From an uncultured Pseudomonadales bacterium (GTDB lineage Bacteria; Pseudomonadota; Gammaproteobacteria; Pseudomonadales; Azotimanducaceae), in assembly GCA_937921865.1 (NCBI GenBank), contig CAKZWF010000037.1, positions 343-64,342 of the forward strand: a DNA stretch of 64,000 nt, in the 5' to 3' direction. Both the position numbers and the translations under genes were made by a program. Each line of letters opens with the position of its first letter. The stretch's first letter is position 1. Positions 35,503-45,292 of this stretch are shown here, in pieces. Under the pieces are notes generated by a model. That model saw only the letters and a program-made list of their open reading frames with translations. It was not told the DNA's origin and searched no databases.

Positions 35503-36666
35503 TTACTCACCTCGCAGCGCAACGGTAATGGGTAGCCTGGCAGCTCGAACCGCTGGAAACAGCCCGCCAACCAGGCCCAGACCCAGCGCCCAGGTGACGC
35601 CGATACGCAGCAGCTCCGGAGTGACCGCAAAATCGAAGGCAACTTGAGAGAACGACGCGTTATTCAGCGTCGACGCTGTATACCCATCAAATAGCAGATA
35701 CACCACCGCTGCGCCCAGCAGACCACCAAGCAACGCCAGAGCGAGTGATTCGATGATCACCGACACTACCACCGGCATGCTGGAAAAACCCAGCGCACGC
35801 AGGGTGGCAATCTCCACGGTACGGGTACTGACCGCCGAATACATGGTGTTCAGCGCCGCAAATACTGCACCGATCGCCATAATCACACCCACTGAATAGC
35901 CGAAGGTGTTAATCAGCGCTGCCCGGTCCTCAGCCTGACCGGAATAGAATTCCTCTTCACTCTTGAGTGCCAGGTCCAGACGTGGATCCTGTTGAATCTG
36001 TTCGGCGAGCGGTTCGAGCAGTGCTGGATCGGCGAGCAGAAGACGCATGGAGCTGATTGATCCACCACGCCGGAACACTGCCTGGGCGACGGCCAGATCA
36101 CCCCAGACCTCCGACTCATAGGCACTGCCACCGGTCTCGAAATGACCCACTACGGTCCAGGTGCTGGCGCGAAACTGGACTTCGCTGCCAAGCTCCAGAC
36201 CTTCAAATTCCGCCACCGCCTTCACCCCGGCAATCAGCTCATTTTTGCCGGTCTCAAAGAGTCGTCCGTTGACGATCTCAGCCTCCGGACGGACTTCAAG
36301 CCCGGCTGACCGCATCCCGCGTATCACCATATTGGCCGGTGTACCGGTGGCACGCTTGGGGATGTCGGCGATGACATAGAGTTCCGGGCTGGCCACTTCG
36401 ATGCCTTCCAGTCGCGAAACAATGTTGGCCGCAGCCACGTCCATACCGCTGGACAGCTCGCTGTTGCTGCCATCACGCAGCAGCAGCGCTCGATTTTCCA
36501 GACTGGTCGTTTCCAGCGCTCGGGAAAACCCTACGGCCATGGACAGCAGCCCGACCAGTACCGCAACCACGCCGGCAATTCCCACCACAATTACCGAAGA
36601 CGAGCCGAGACGTGAAGGAATGTTGCGCAGATTCATCAGGGTGATTTCGACTATCTGACTAAACAT
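35503..36666 (-). CDS. ABC transporter permease (FtsX/MacB-type)
   Basis: N-terminal TM segment, large periplasmic domain and a C-terminal FtsX 3-TM bundle (VEIATLRALGFS). Confidence 0.9.
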   Translation of the reverse strand: MFSQIVEITLMNLRNIPSRLGSSSVIVVGIAGVVAVLVGLLSMAVGFSRALETTSLENRALLLRDGSNSELSSGMDVAAANIVSRLEGIEVASPELYVIADIPKRATGTPANMVIRGMRSAGLEVRPEAEIVNGRLFETGKNELIAGVKAVAEFEGLELGSEVQFRASTWTVVGHFETGGSAYESEVWGDLAVAQAVFRRGGSISSMRLLLADPALLEPLAEQIQQDPRLDLALKSEEEFYSGQAEDRAALINTFGYSVGVIMAIGAVFAALNTMYSAVSTRTVEIATLRALGFSSMPVVVSVIIESLALALLGGLLGAAVVYLLFDGYTASTLNNASFSQVAFDFAVTPELLRIGVTWALGLGLVGGLFPAVRAARLPITVALRGE

Positions 36667-36671
36667 GCTGG

Positions 36672-37829
36672 TTATCGCTCCCGCAGCGCATCAACAATTG
36701 TCAGCCGACGGGCAGTCAGTGCCGGTATCAGACCTATAATCAGACCAATTCCCAGCGACAGTGCAATCGCAGTCGCCACCGTTGCACCGGTAAAGTCGAA
36801 CGCACCGATGAATCCTTCCAGCGCCGGCGCAATGGCTGCGCGAACGCCAAACGCCAGACCAATGCCGATCAGGCCACCAACCAGACACAGCAGAATGGCT
36901 TCCCCAAGCACCAGCAGCGACACAGTAGCGTCGGTAAATCCCAGAGTCTTCAGCACCGCCAGTTCCGGAATGCGCTCACGCAGGGCCTGCGACATGGTGT
37001 TGCCGGTGAGCAGGACGATGGTAAAAAACACCGCCGCAATGATGATGGTGGCAATGAAGCCAATATCACCCAGCTGTTTGGCGAACTGTCTGGCAAATTC
37101 ATCTTCCGTTGCCGTGCGGGTGGGATTCAGAGAATTCTCAAACAGCACATCGATGCTGGCCGCAATCTCTTGCGCCCGTTCCGGATCATCGAGACGCACC
37201 GTCCACCAGCCCACCTGATCTTTACCATACGACTCAACCGCTTCAGTGAAGTATTCGTACTGAAAGACCAGCAGCGGCGAACGCTGATCGGCATTCACGA
37301 AGGTGCCGACCAGCTCAAACTCCCAGAGTCGTTCACCGCTCTCTTTCGGCCAGATGTCTGCCTGTATCGGGATGATGTCGCCAATCCGCCACCCGTACTG
37401 TTCTGCAAGCGTCTGTTCCGCGACTGCCCCGGTGCGGGTACGGACAAAAGCATCGAGCTGTTCAGGCGAAATCCGGAACTCCGGGTACATTGCAAAAAAT
37501 TCGCGTGGCTCAACCGGGTACTTGGGGAAGAAATTCTTGGGATCCTGATACACCCCACCGAACCACTGCTGCTGGGTCACCGCCGATACCCCCTCCACCG
37601 CAAGAAGCTGCTGCTTCTGACTGATCGGCAGAGAATCCACGATTGAGTACTTCGGCGAGGAGATCAGCCGATCCACGCCGACCACGTTGACACCACCGCC
37701 ATCAAACGCCGCTGACACCGCCTGCAGCAGCATGAACAGTAGAAACGCCACGGTCACCGACAGCAGAGTCAGGACCGTTCGCGTCCGTTTGCGGAACAGG
37801 TTCGCCCACATCAGGCCAAACAGACTCAT
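36672..37829 (-). CDS. ABC transporter permease (FtsX/MacB-type), second copy
   Basis: Same architecture (ELAVLKTLGFT). Overlaps the ATPase gene by 4 nt. Confidence 0.9.
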   Translation of the reverse strand: MSLFGLMWANLFRKRTRTVLTLLSVTVAFLLFMLLQAVSAAFDGGGVNVVGVDRLISSPKYSIVDSLPISQKQQLLAVEGVSAVTQQQWFGGVYQDPKNFFPKYPVEPREFFAMYPEFRISPEQLDAFVRTRTGAVAEQTLAEQYGWRIGDIIPIQADIWPKESGERLWEFELVGTFVNADQRSPLLVFQYEYFTEAVESYGKDQVGWWTVRLDDPERAQEIAASIDVLFENSLNPTRTATEDEFARQFAKQLGDIGFIATIIIAAVFFTIVLLTGNTMSQALRERIPELAVLKTLGFTDATVSLLVLGEAILLCLVGGLIGIGLAFGVRAAIAPALEGFIGAFDFTGATVATAIALSLGIGLIIGLIPALTARRLTIVDALRER

Positions 37830-38512
37830 GCTGGCACCTCAGCGACGAGTTTGCCTTTGTCCATCTGCCAGGTGGTTTGAGCATGAGCGGCAGCTTTGGG
37901 GTCATGGGTCACCATGATGATGGTCTTGCCGTGGTCCCGGTTCAGCACCTCCAGCAGATTGAGGATTTCATCTGCTGTTTCGCGATCCAGATCTCCGGTG
38001 GGTTCGTCACATACCAGCAGTTTCGGATCCGCCACCAGCGCCCGGGCGATCGCCACACGCTGCTGCTGACCGCCAGACAACTCGCCGGGCTTGTGTTTGG
38101 CGCGGTCTTCGAGTCCGACAATCTCCAGCGCAATCTGGGCATTTTTCTGTCTCTGCGCTCTCGAAAGTCGCGTCAACAACAGCGGCAGCTCGACATTGCG
38201 CTGCGCATTGAGCACCGGTAGCAGATTATAAAACTGAAAAATGAACCCGACGTTTTCAGAACGCCATTTTGCCAGCGCCCGTTCAGACATGTCCTGCAGG
38301 CCCACTCCGCCCACTTCTATGCTGCCGCTGCTGGGCTGGTCCAGGCCGCCGATCAGATTAAGCAGCGTGGTTTTACCGGACCCGGACGGGCCCATCAAAG
38401 CCAGAAAGTCACCTTCTTCTATATCGAGATTGATCCCGGTCAGAACATCAACCTGCTCTTTCGCTCTGATATAGCTTTTGGTGACATCCCGACAACTGAC
38501 CAGCTGGCTCAT
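37826..38512 (-). CDS. ABC transporter ATP-binding protein (MacB/LolD-like)
   Basis: Walker [10 protein letters not shown], signature [15 protein letters not shown], Walker [13 protein letters not shown]. Confidence 0.95.
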   Translation of the reverse strand: MSQLVSCRDVTKSYIRAKEQVDVLTGINLDIEEGDFLALMGPSGSGKTTLLNLIGGLDQPSSGSIEVGGVGLQDMSERALAKWRSENVGFIFQFYNLLPVLNAQRNVELPLLLTRLSRAQRQKNAQIALEIVGLEDRAKHKPGELSGGQQQRVAIARALVADPKLLVCDEPTGDLDRETADEILNLLEVLNRDHGKTIIMVTHDPKAAAHAQTTWQMDKGKLVAEVPA

Positions 38513-38595
38513 TGTTCTCTCCTGTTAACCCGTTACCCTTTAGTTACCGACTAACCCGTTACCGACCGCCCGCTTATGCAACTGTTCAGACGCTT

Positions 38596-39870
38596 TCAGT
38601 TCACAACAGATATTCGCTGATTGTCATCAAGACCCGAGGCAAGTGCCTGGGTAAGCTGCGCCACCACCCGTTCTCCACGTTCCAGGCCCTGCAGAACCTG
38701 AATCCGTGAACCCCGCCGCGCCCCGGTGATCACCGGTCGACGATCTGCTGTGTCACCGCTGACCACAAAAACAAATTCACCGGCCGCTTCACGCACCACC
38801 GAATCACTCGGCACGAGCACACCTTCGGGAGTGGGTTGGGCTGCTGCCTGTTCTTCCAGAAATGCCACCCTCACCCCCATATCCGGCAACACCCTCTCAT
38901 CACGTTCGAGTAACGCCACCCGAACCCGTACGGTCGCCTTGTTACGGTCCGCGGCCGGGATGATCGCGATCACCGCTGCCGGAAAAGTCTGATCAGGGTA
39001 GGCGTTCAATGTCACTTCGACCGGCTGAGACGGAAAAACCCGGTTGATGTATGCCTCGTTGACGTCAACTTCCACTTCAAGCGAATCCATATCGACAATG
39101 GTGCAGATACCCGTTCGGGTAAAGCCACCGCCGGCTGACACTGGTGAAATCATCTCGCCCGGCTGAGCCGCTTTAGCAATCACCACGCCTGCAAACGGCG
39201 CCCGTATCTCCATATCGTCCAGCAGCTGCCGCTGCACGGCCATGTTGCTCTCGGCCACCAGAATATCTTTACCGGCGCGATCCAACCGGGCCTGCAGCGC
39301 TTCAACATCCAGACCGTCCCGATCAAGATCTGCCTGACTGGCCAGATTGCGGTCTGCCAGACCGCGGGTTCTTTTAAGATCCAGCTGGGCCTGCCGCAAC
39401 GCAACCCGAAGCTCTTCCAGACCCGATCGAGCAGCTTCCAGCTGGGAGGCTGACAGCGCCAGCTGCGCCCGAGGGATACTGTCGTCGAGTGACGCCAACA
39501 GCTGCCCTTCACTGACCAGCATGCCCTCTTCGATCAACACTGCGACCACTTTCCCGGTGGTCTTGGCACTCACCGTCGCCTGACGACGGGCCACCACATA
39601 ACCGGTCGCGTCGAGGACACTGCCTGATGAGCCGAGAGTACCGGGTTCACTGGCAACGGCCACGTTGACAGTGAGGCCCGGCGAGTCAGGAGGAAAAGTA
39701 AAGAACCAGCCGGCAAAACCTGCACCGACGACAACGCTGAATATCAGCAGCCAACGCAGACGGCCGCTGCCAGGCGCAGGTTGCGCCGCGCGATCTATTC
39801 TGAGTTCGTTGAGCAACGCGCTTTTCACGCGCTCACCGCTAGCCTCCGCCTGATTCTGACTGTCAGACAT
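38596..39870 (-). CDS. Efflux periplasmic adaptor (HlyD/MFP family)
   Basis: TM anchor, coiled-coil region (LEAARSGLEELRVALRQAQLDLKRT), IRAPFAGVV. ATG at 39870 after GGAGAGAG. Confidence 0.9.
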   Translation of the reverse strand: MSDSQNQAEASGERVKSALLNELRIDRAAQPAPGSGRLRWLLIFSVVVGAGFAGWFFTFPPDSPGLTVNVAVASEPGTLGSSGSVLDATGYVVARRQATVSAKTTGKVVAVLIEEGMLVSEGQLLASLDDSIPRAQLALSASQLEAARSGLEELRVALRQAQLDLKRTRGLADRNLASQADLDRDGLDVEALQARLDRAGKDILVAESNMAVQRQLLDDMEIRAPFAGVVIAKAAQPGEMISPVSAGGGFTRTGICTIVDMDSLEVEVDVNEAYINRVFPSQPVEVTLNAYPDQTFPAAVIAIIPAADRNKATVRVRVALLERDERVLPDMGVRVAFLEEQAAAQPTPEGVLVPSDSVVREAAGEFVFVVSGDTADRRPVITGARRGSRIQVLQGLERGERVVAQLTQALASGLDDNQRISVVN

Positions 39871-40038
39871 TACTCTCTCCCCAAGGCCGCAGAGTCTAAC
39901 ACCGCGCGGCAATTGGCAAACGTCTTCAGCAACCCAACTACATCAGCAACACCCGGCCAGCAGTTGATGGGGCTTGCTGCCACAAGGGCTGGACCGCCAA
40001 CGCGGCGGAAAGGCTAGAATGCCCGCAGGAGGCAGACA

Positions 40039-41220
40039 TTGACCACAACTGCACGGATCTTAAACAGCTTGAGCGAAATTTCGGCCGCGGACTGGAATCG
40101 CTGTGCGAATCCAGGTGGGGAGATCAGCTACGACCCTTTTCTACGCCACGATTTTCTCTTCGCGCTGGAGAACAGCGGCAGCACCACCGCAAAAACCGGC
40201 TGGCAGCCGTTTCACCTGGCGCTCGAAGAGGACGGTTCGCTGATTGGCGTGGTGCCGATGTATGTGAAGAGCCACTCCCAGGGAGAATACGTTTTCGACC
40301 ATTCCTGGGCAGACGCCTGGCACCGGGCGGGTCAGAGCTACTACCCAAAACTGCAGTCGAGCATTCCCTTCACGCCGGCAACCGGCCGCCGCCTGTTGAC
40401 CGCTGACGGCAGTGCCGCCAGCGAAGAAGCGCTGCTTGGCGCCTGCATTCAGGTCACCGAACAGATCAAGGTATCTTCACTACACCTGACTTTCCTGCCG
40501 GAATCTCAGTGGCGGATTGCCGGTGAGGTTGGCCTGCTGCAGCGCATGGACCAGCAGTTCCACTGGCATAATCCGGGCTATCACAGTTTCGATGACTTCC
40601 TGGCAGAGCTGGCGTCAAAAAAGCGCAAGAACCTGAAGCGCGAACGCCGTGAGGCGACTACTGCAGACGTGACAATCGAGCGGCTGACCGGTAGCGATCT
40701 GCGTGAGGAGCACTGGGATGCTTTTTACCAGTTCTATATCGACACAGGCAATCGCAAATGGGGTTCACCCTATCTGACCCGGTCCTTTTTCAGCATGATC
40801 AACGAGACCATGGCAGAGGATATCCTGCTGATTATGTGCCGCCGCAACGGCCGCTACATTGCCGGAGCGCTCAATTTTATCGGCGGCGACACGCTGTTCG
40901 GACGCAACTGGGGCTGTATCGAACACCATCCGTTTCTGCACTTCGAAACCTGCTACTACCAGGCCATCGACTTCGCAATCGAACGGGGTCTGAATAAGGT
41001 TGAAGCAGGGGCTCAAGGCAGCCACAAGGTCGCCAGGGGCTACCTGCCTCAGGCCACCTACAGCGCCCACTGGATCTGTGACAGCGGTTTCCGCAAGGCG
41101 GTTGCCGACTATTTGAAAGAAGAGCGCCACTACGTCGCTCAGGACATTGAATACATCGAACAGCGCAGTCCGTTCAAATCCACCATCGAGCTACCCACCA
41201 GCGGCTTGCCGACCGACTGA
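40039..41220 (+). CDS. DUF482 / FemAB-like GNAT family protein
   Basis: ..ISAADWNRC....YDPFLRHDFLFALENSG..GWQPFHL..VPMYVKSHSQGEYVFDHSWADAW..IPFTPATGRRLL. TTG start 6 nt after AGGAGG. Confidence 0.8.
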   Translation: MTTTARILNSLSEISAADWNRCANPGGEISYDPFLRHDFLFALENSGSTTAKTGWQPFHLALEEDGSLIGVVPMYVKSHSQGEYVFDHSWADAWHRAGQSYYPKLQSSIPFTPATGRRLLTADGSAASEEALLGACIQVTEQIKVSSLHLTFLPESQWRIAGEVGLLQRMDQQFHWHNPGYHSFDDFLAELASKKRKNLKRERREATTADVTIERLTGSDLREEHWDAFYQFYIDTGNRKWGSPYLTRSFFSMINETMAEDILLIMCRRNGRYIAGALNFIGGDTLFGRNWGCIEHHPFLHFETCYYQAIDFAIERGLNKVEAGAQGSHKVARGYLPQATYSAHWICDSGFRKAVADYLKEERHYVAQDIEYIEQRSPFKSTIELPTSGLPTD

Positions 41221-41260
41221 ACGCTCCAAGCAGTCCGTTTTATTCAGCGCCGCGGCTTAT

Positions 41261-42034
41261 TTAGAGCTGGGGCCGCAGGCGGGCCAGAAAGTTCTGCAGT
41301 TTCTCAGTATTGCCCGGGCCGCTGCGCAGTACCTGCTTCTGCAGCGGCGTCAGCTTCTCCAGCCGGGGTTCGGCAAACTCGTACAGAACTTTCGGCTGGA
41401 TCAACCGGATGTCCTCAGCGCGGATCGGCACCGCAAGCACCTGATCGATTGCGCTGAGCAGCTGTTCCCGAGCGGTCAGCTGATTGCCAAGTTCCAGCAA
41501 GGACTCTTCCAGCAGCGGTGACAGCAGGTCGAACAGTTCGGCAACCTGAGCCGGGTCGCGCATCACCACCAGATCCACATAGCTGTTGTAGCGGTCGTAG
41601 TTGGCTGGATCAAGATAGAGCTCGCCGCCACGCTCGATCACTTTGAACGGTACGCCGAGCGACAGAAAATCCAGCTGTCGAGCCGGAAACTCTCCCCGCG
41701 CGGTGTTGTCCACCACGACGGCAGCACGCCGGGCCAGATCTTCACGCGCCAGCCAGTCATCGGGCAATTCAAGCCCAGCCAGCTGTTCGCGGACGAAGGC
41801 ATCACTGTCGTTGAGCGGCGGCAACACCATCTCCGGCGCCACCGCTACCTCAGCTGGAGTGGCCCGCTCACCCTGCCCCGAAGACACCGGTGTGGGCGGC
41901 GTTGGTGGCGTCCCGCTCGAGCCGTCGACAGGCAGCGTCTCAACCACGGGTTCAGGTTCAGACGAGAACCACTGAAAGGCTCCGATGATCAGAACCGCGA
42001 GTGCCAGACCGGCTATAAGAAATCCAATACGCAT
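41261..42034 (-). CDS. DUF3014 domain protein (N-terminal TM anchor)
   Basis: TM anchor, Pro-rich linker, LPPLNDSDAFVREQLAGL and ..FKVIERGGELYLDPANYDRYN.., as I recall for DUF3014. Confidence 0.7.
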   Translation of the reverse strand: MRIGFLIAGLALAVLIIGAFQWFSSEPEPVVETLPVDGSSGTPPTPPTPVSSGQGERATPAEVAVAPEMVLPPLNDSDAFVREQLAGLELPDDWLAREDLARRAAVVVDNTARGEFPARQLDFLSLGVPFKVIERGGELYLDPANYDRYNSYVDLVVMRDPAQVAELFDLLSPLLEESLLELGNQLTAREQLLSAIDQVLAVPIRAEDIRLIQPKVLYEFAEPRLEKLTPLQKQVLRSGPGNTEKLQNFLARLRPQL

Positions 42035-42136
42035 AAACCATTATGACCTCACTCGAGGCTTTTTATTCAATGGATTCGCCTCCGGCAGGTCACAATCCAT
42101 TATCATTCCACATTCCCTGCGAGTTACGGGTTGTCG

Positions 42137-43519
42137 ATGAACAGCATTCCAATCAAACAACTGTTAGACCATAGCGTCGCTGCCGGCCGCGGTGTTGTCA
42201 TAGAAGGCTGGGTACGCTCCAGGCGCACTTCAAAAGGTGGCTTTTCATTTGTGCATGTCAACGACGGTTCCTGTCTCGACAACATCCAGGCAGTCGTCGA
42301 TGGCGCGCTGCCGAACTACGACGACGAAGTCCTGGAACTGTCCACCGGCTGTGCGGTAAGAATTGCCGGTAAGCTGGTGGAATCGTCCGGCAAAGGCCAG
42401 GATCGGGAAATCCAGGCTGAAATCGTCGATGTGCTGGGCTGGGTAGACGACCCCGAAACCTATCCGATTGCCAAAAAGCGTCATACTTTCGAATATCTGC
42501 GCAGCGTGGCTCATCTGCGCCCGCGCACCAACACCTTCGGGGCGATTTCGCGGCTCCGCAACGCCATTGCCAACGCGGTACACGGACACTTCCAGCGCAA
42601 CGGCTTCCTCTGGGTCAATACCCCGATCATCACCGCCAGCGACTGCGAAGGCGCAGGCGAGCTGTTTCGGGTCTCGACGCTAGAGACCATCAACCGTGAT
42701 CAGAGCGATTTCAGCGACGATTTTTTTGGTGAGCAGACCTTTCTCACCGTCTCAGGCCAGCTGAACATCGAAAGCTACTGCCTGGCGATGAAGAACGTCT
42801 ACACTTTCGGCCCGACCTTCCGCGCCGAAAACTCCAATACCAGCCGACACCTGGCCGAGTTCTGGATGATCGAGCCGGAGATTGCGTTTGCCGACATCCA
42901 CGACAACGCTGCCCTGGCTGAAGCCCTGCTGAAATCGGTCTTCAAAGAGGTATTGGAAAGCGCTCCCGACGACATGCAGTTCTTTGCAAAGCAGATCGAC
43001 GATCAGGTCATCAATCGTCTGAGCAACGTGATCGACAAACCGTTCGAGATCATGGAATACAGCGAAGCGGTCAGCATCCTCGAAAAATCCGGACGCAAAT
43101 TCGAGTTTCCCGTTTCCTGGGGCGCTGATCTGCAGTCAGAACACGAGCGCTTCCTCACAGAAGAACACGTTCAGGGCCCGATTGTGGTCATCAACTACCC
43201 GAAACAGATCAAAGCCTTCTACATGCGTTTGAACGACGACGACCGCACGGTCGCGGCGATGGACGTTTTAGTCCCGGGCGTTGGTGAAATTATCGGTGGC
43301 AGCCAGCGGGAGGAGCGCCTCGATGTGCTGGATGCGCGCATGGCGGAACAGGATCTGGGTGATGATCTTTGGTGGTACCGGGATCTGCGACGCTACGGCA
43401 CCGTGCCACATGCCGGGTTCGGTCTGGGGCTGGAACGCCTCGTCCTTTATATGACCGGGATGGAAAATATCCGCGACGCGATCCCGTTTCCGCGGGTGCC
43501 CAACAGTGCCAATTTCTGA
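42137..43519 (+). CDS. asnS: Asparagine--tRNA ligase
   Basis: [69 protein letters not shown]. Confidence 0.95.
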   Translation: MNSIPIKQLLDHSVAAGRGVVIEGWVRSRRTSKGGFSFVHVNDGSCLDNIQAVVDGALPNYDDEVLELSTGCAVRIAGKLVESSGKGQDREIQAEIVDVLGWVDDPETYPIAKKRHTFEYLRSVAHLRPRTNTFGAISRLRNAIANAVHGHFQRNGFLWVNTPIITASDCEGAGELFRVSTLETINRDQSDFSDDFFGEQTFLTVSGQLNIESYCLAMKNVYTFGPTFRAENSNTSRHLAEFWMIEPEIAFADIHDNAALAEALLKSVFKEVLESAPDDMQFFAKQIDDQVINRLSNVIDKPFEIMEYSEAVSILEKSGRKFEFPVSWGADLQSEHERFLTEEHVQGPIVVINYPKQIKAFYMRLNDDDRTVAAMDVLVPGVGEIIGGSQREERLDVLDARMAEQDLGDDLWWYRDLRRYGTVPHAGFGLGLERLVLYMTGMENIRDAIPFPRVPNSANF

Positions 43520-43528
43520 TTCCGCGCG

Positions 43529-45292
43529 ATGCTGAAATCGCTCTTTCGGCTGCGTTTCTTTGTCGGTGTTTACCGCTGGCGGCTGAGCCTGGGCATTCTG
43601 GCGTTTGGCGCGTCAAGGGCGTTTGAGGCGACCGTGCCGCTGGCACTGGCGGTTGGCATCGATCGAGTTGCCGCCGGTAACGCCGACGTCGCCGGACCCG
43701 TGGCGGTTATATTCGGTGCGGTGCTGGGTCGCTTTGCGGTGGTTAGCGTGGCCCGCTATCTGGTTCGCACCACGGGCTTAAACGTCGCTTTCGATCTGCG
43801 CCAGTCGCTCTACAACGCACTGCAGCACCAGGGTAGCGGCTTTTTCAATCGCTACACGATTGGCGACATGATGACTCGCGCAGTCGCCGACATCAGTCTG
43901 ATCCAGCGACTGATCTCGATGGGCACCATTCTGCTGGTCATTCTGATCTATGCGACCGTGTTCGGCTTCGGCTGCATGCTGTATCTGTCGCCTTCCCTGA
44001 CGCTGCTGCTGCTGCCACCACTGCCGTTCATCTTTCTGTATGCCCGCTGGTCGTCTCACCAGATGGCCGTCACCTCGAAAGACGTTCAGGACCGATTGTC
44101 GGATCTGGGGGGGCACGTCCAGGAAAACCTGTCCGGCATACGAACTATTCAGGCCATGGTTCAGGAAGAAAACGAGATTCGCCGCTTCGGGGAAACCAAT
44201 CAGGCCTACGCAGATGCGTTTCATCGGCAGGCACGGATCAACTCCCTGATGGCCTCGTGGATGCCGCTGCTGGCTGCCGTCTGTTCGGTCACTATTCTCG
44301 GCTACGGCGGTTTGCTGGTTCTCCAGGGTGAACTCACCGCAGGAGAACTCACCGCGTTCTTTTACTACGTAAATATGGTGGTGCAACCTTTCCGGGTGGC
44401 CGGCTTTGTGATCAGCCTGTTCCAGCGCGCGGCCGTCGCCAGCGATCGTCTGTTTGAAGTGATCAGCCTCGATCCGGAAATTCCTGACAATCCCGCAGAC
44501 ACCGCCCCGGTCACGGTGAAAGGCGATATCGAAATATCAGGACTCAGTTACAGCTACCCGGTGGAACAGCGCGCGCAGGTGCTAGACAACATCAGCCTGC
44601 ACATCAGGCCCGGCGAATCGGTATCAATTATGGGTAGAGTGGGTTCCGGTAAGTCCACACTGCTGAAACTTATTGTTCGACTGCTCGATCCGCCTAGAGG
44701 CAGCGTCAAGATTGATGGCCACGACATCCAGGATTACCCGCTGTCGCGGCTGCGCTCTCAGGTGGCGCTGGTGCCTCAGGATCCGTTTCTGTTCGGGGAA
44801 CCGCTGGGCGACAACCTGACCTACGACGATCCGAACCGCGAACTGGATCGAATCTGGGATGCGGCCACCTCGGCTGATCTGAAGAATACCATCGAGGGCT
44901 TTCCCGAGCAGCTCGACACCCTGGTCGGTGAACGGGGCGTTACTCTTTCCGGCGGTCAGAAACAGCGCGCCACTCTGGCCAGGGGTCTGATCCGCCACGC
45001 GCCGGTGCTTATTCTCGACGACTGCTTTTCCAGCGTGGATACCGAAACCGAAGAACATATCCTTTCGGAGCTGAAGCGCCTGCGCCGTGGCCAGACCACG
45101 GTACTTGTCTCTCACCGCGTCTCAACCGCAAGACACTCGGATCGCATCGTGATGATGGACAGCGGCCGCATTGTTGAAGTTGGCTCCCACGATGAACTGA
45201 TCGCACGCGGCGGTCTGTACGCGGAGCTGGAACGGATCCAGCGCGAAGGTGCTGACGATTCAGATTACGAGTTGGCCGGAGCTCCAAGCTGA
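43529..45292 (+). CDS. ABC exporter, fused permease/ATPase (half-transporter 1)
   Basis: Six-TM domain plus NBD: GRVGSGKST, LSGGQKQRATLARGL, ILDDCFSSVD. Confidence 0.9.
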   Translation: MLKSLFRLRFFVGVYRWRLSLGILAFGASRAFEATVPLALAVGIDRVAAGNADVAGPVAVIFGAVLGRFAVVSVARYLVRTTGLNVAFDLRQSLYNALQHQGSGFFNRYTIGDMMTRAVADISLIQRLISMGTILLVILIYATVFGFGCMLYLSPSLTLLLLPPLPFIFLYARWSSHQMAVTSKDVQDRLSDLGGHVQENLSGIRTIQAMVQEENEIRRFGETNQAYADAFHRQARINSLMASWMPLLAAVCSVTILGYGGLLVLQGELTAGELTAFFYYVNMVVQPFRVAGFVISLFQRAAVASDRLFEVISLDPEIPDNPADTAPVTVKGDIEISGLSYSYPVEQRAQVLDNISLHIRPGESVSIMGRVGSGKSTLLKLIVRLLDPPRGSVKIDGHDIQDYPLSRLRSQVALVPQDPFLFGEPLGDNLTYDDPNRELDRIWDAATSADLKNTIEGFPEQLDTLVGERGVTLSGGQKQRATLARGLIRHAPVLILDDCFSSVDTETEEHILSELKRLRRGQTTVLVSHRVSTARHSDRIVMMDSGRIVEVGSHDELIARGGLYAELERIQREGADDSDYELAGAPS

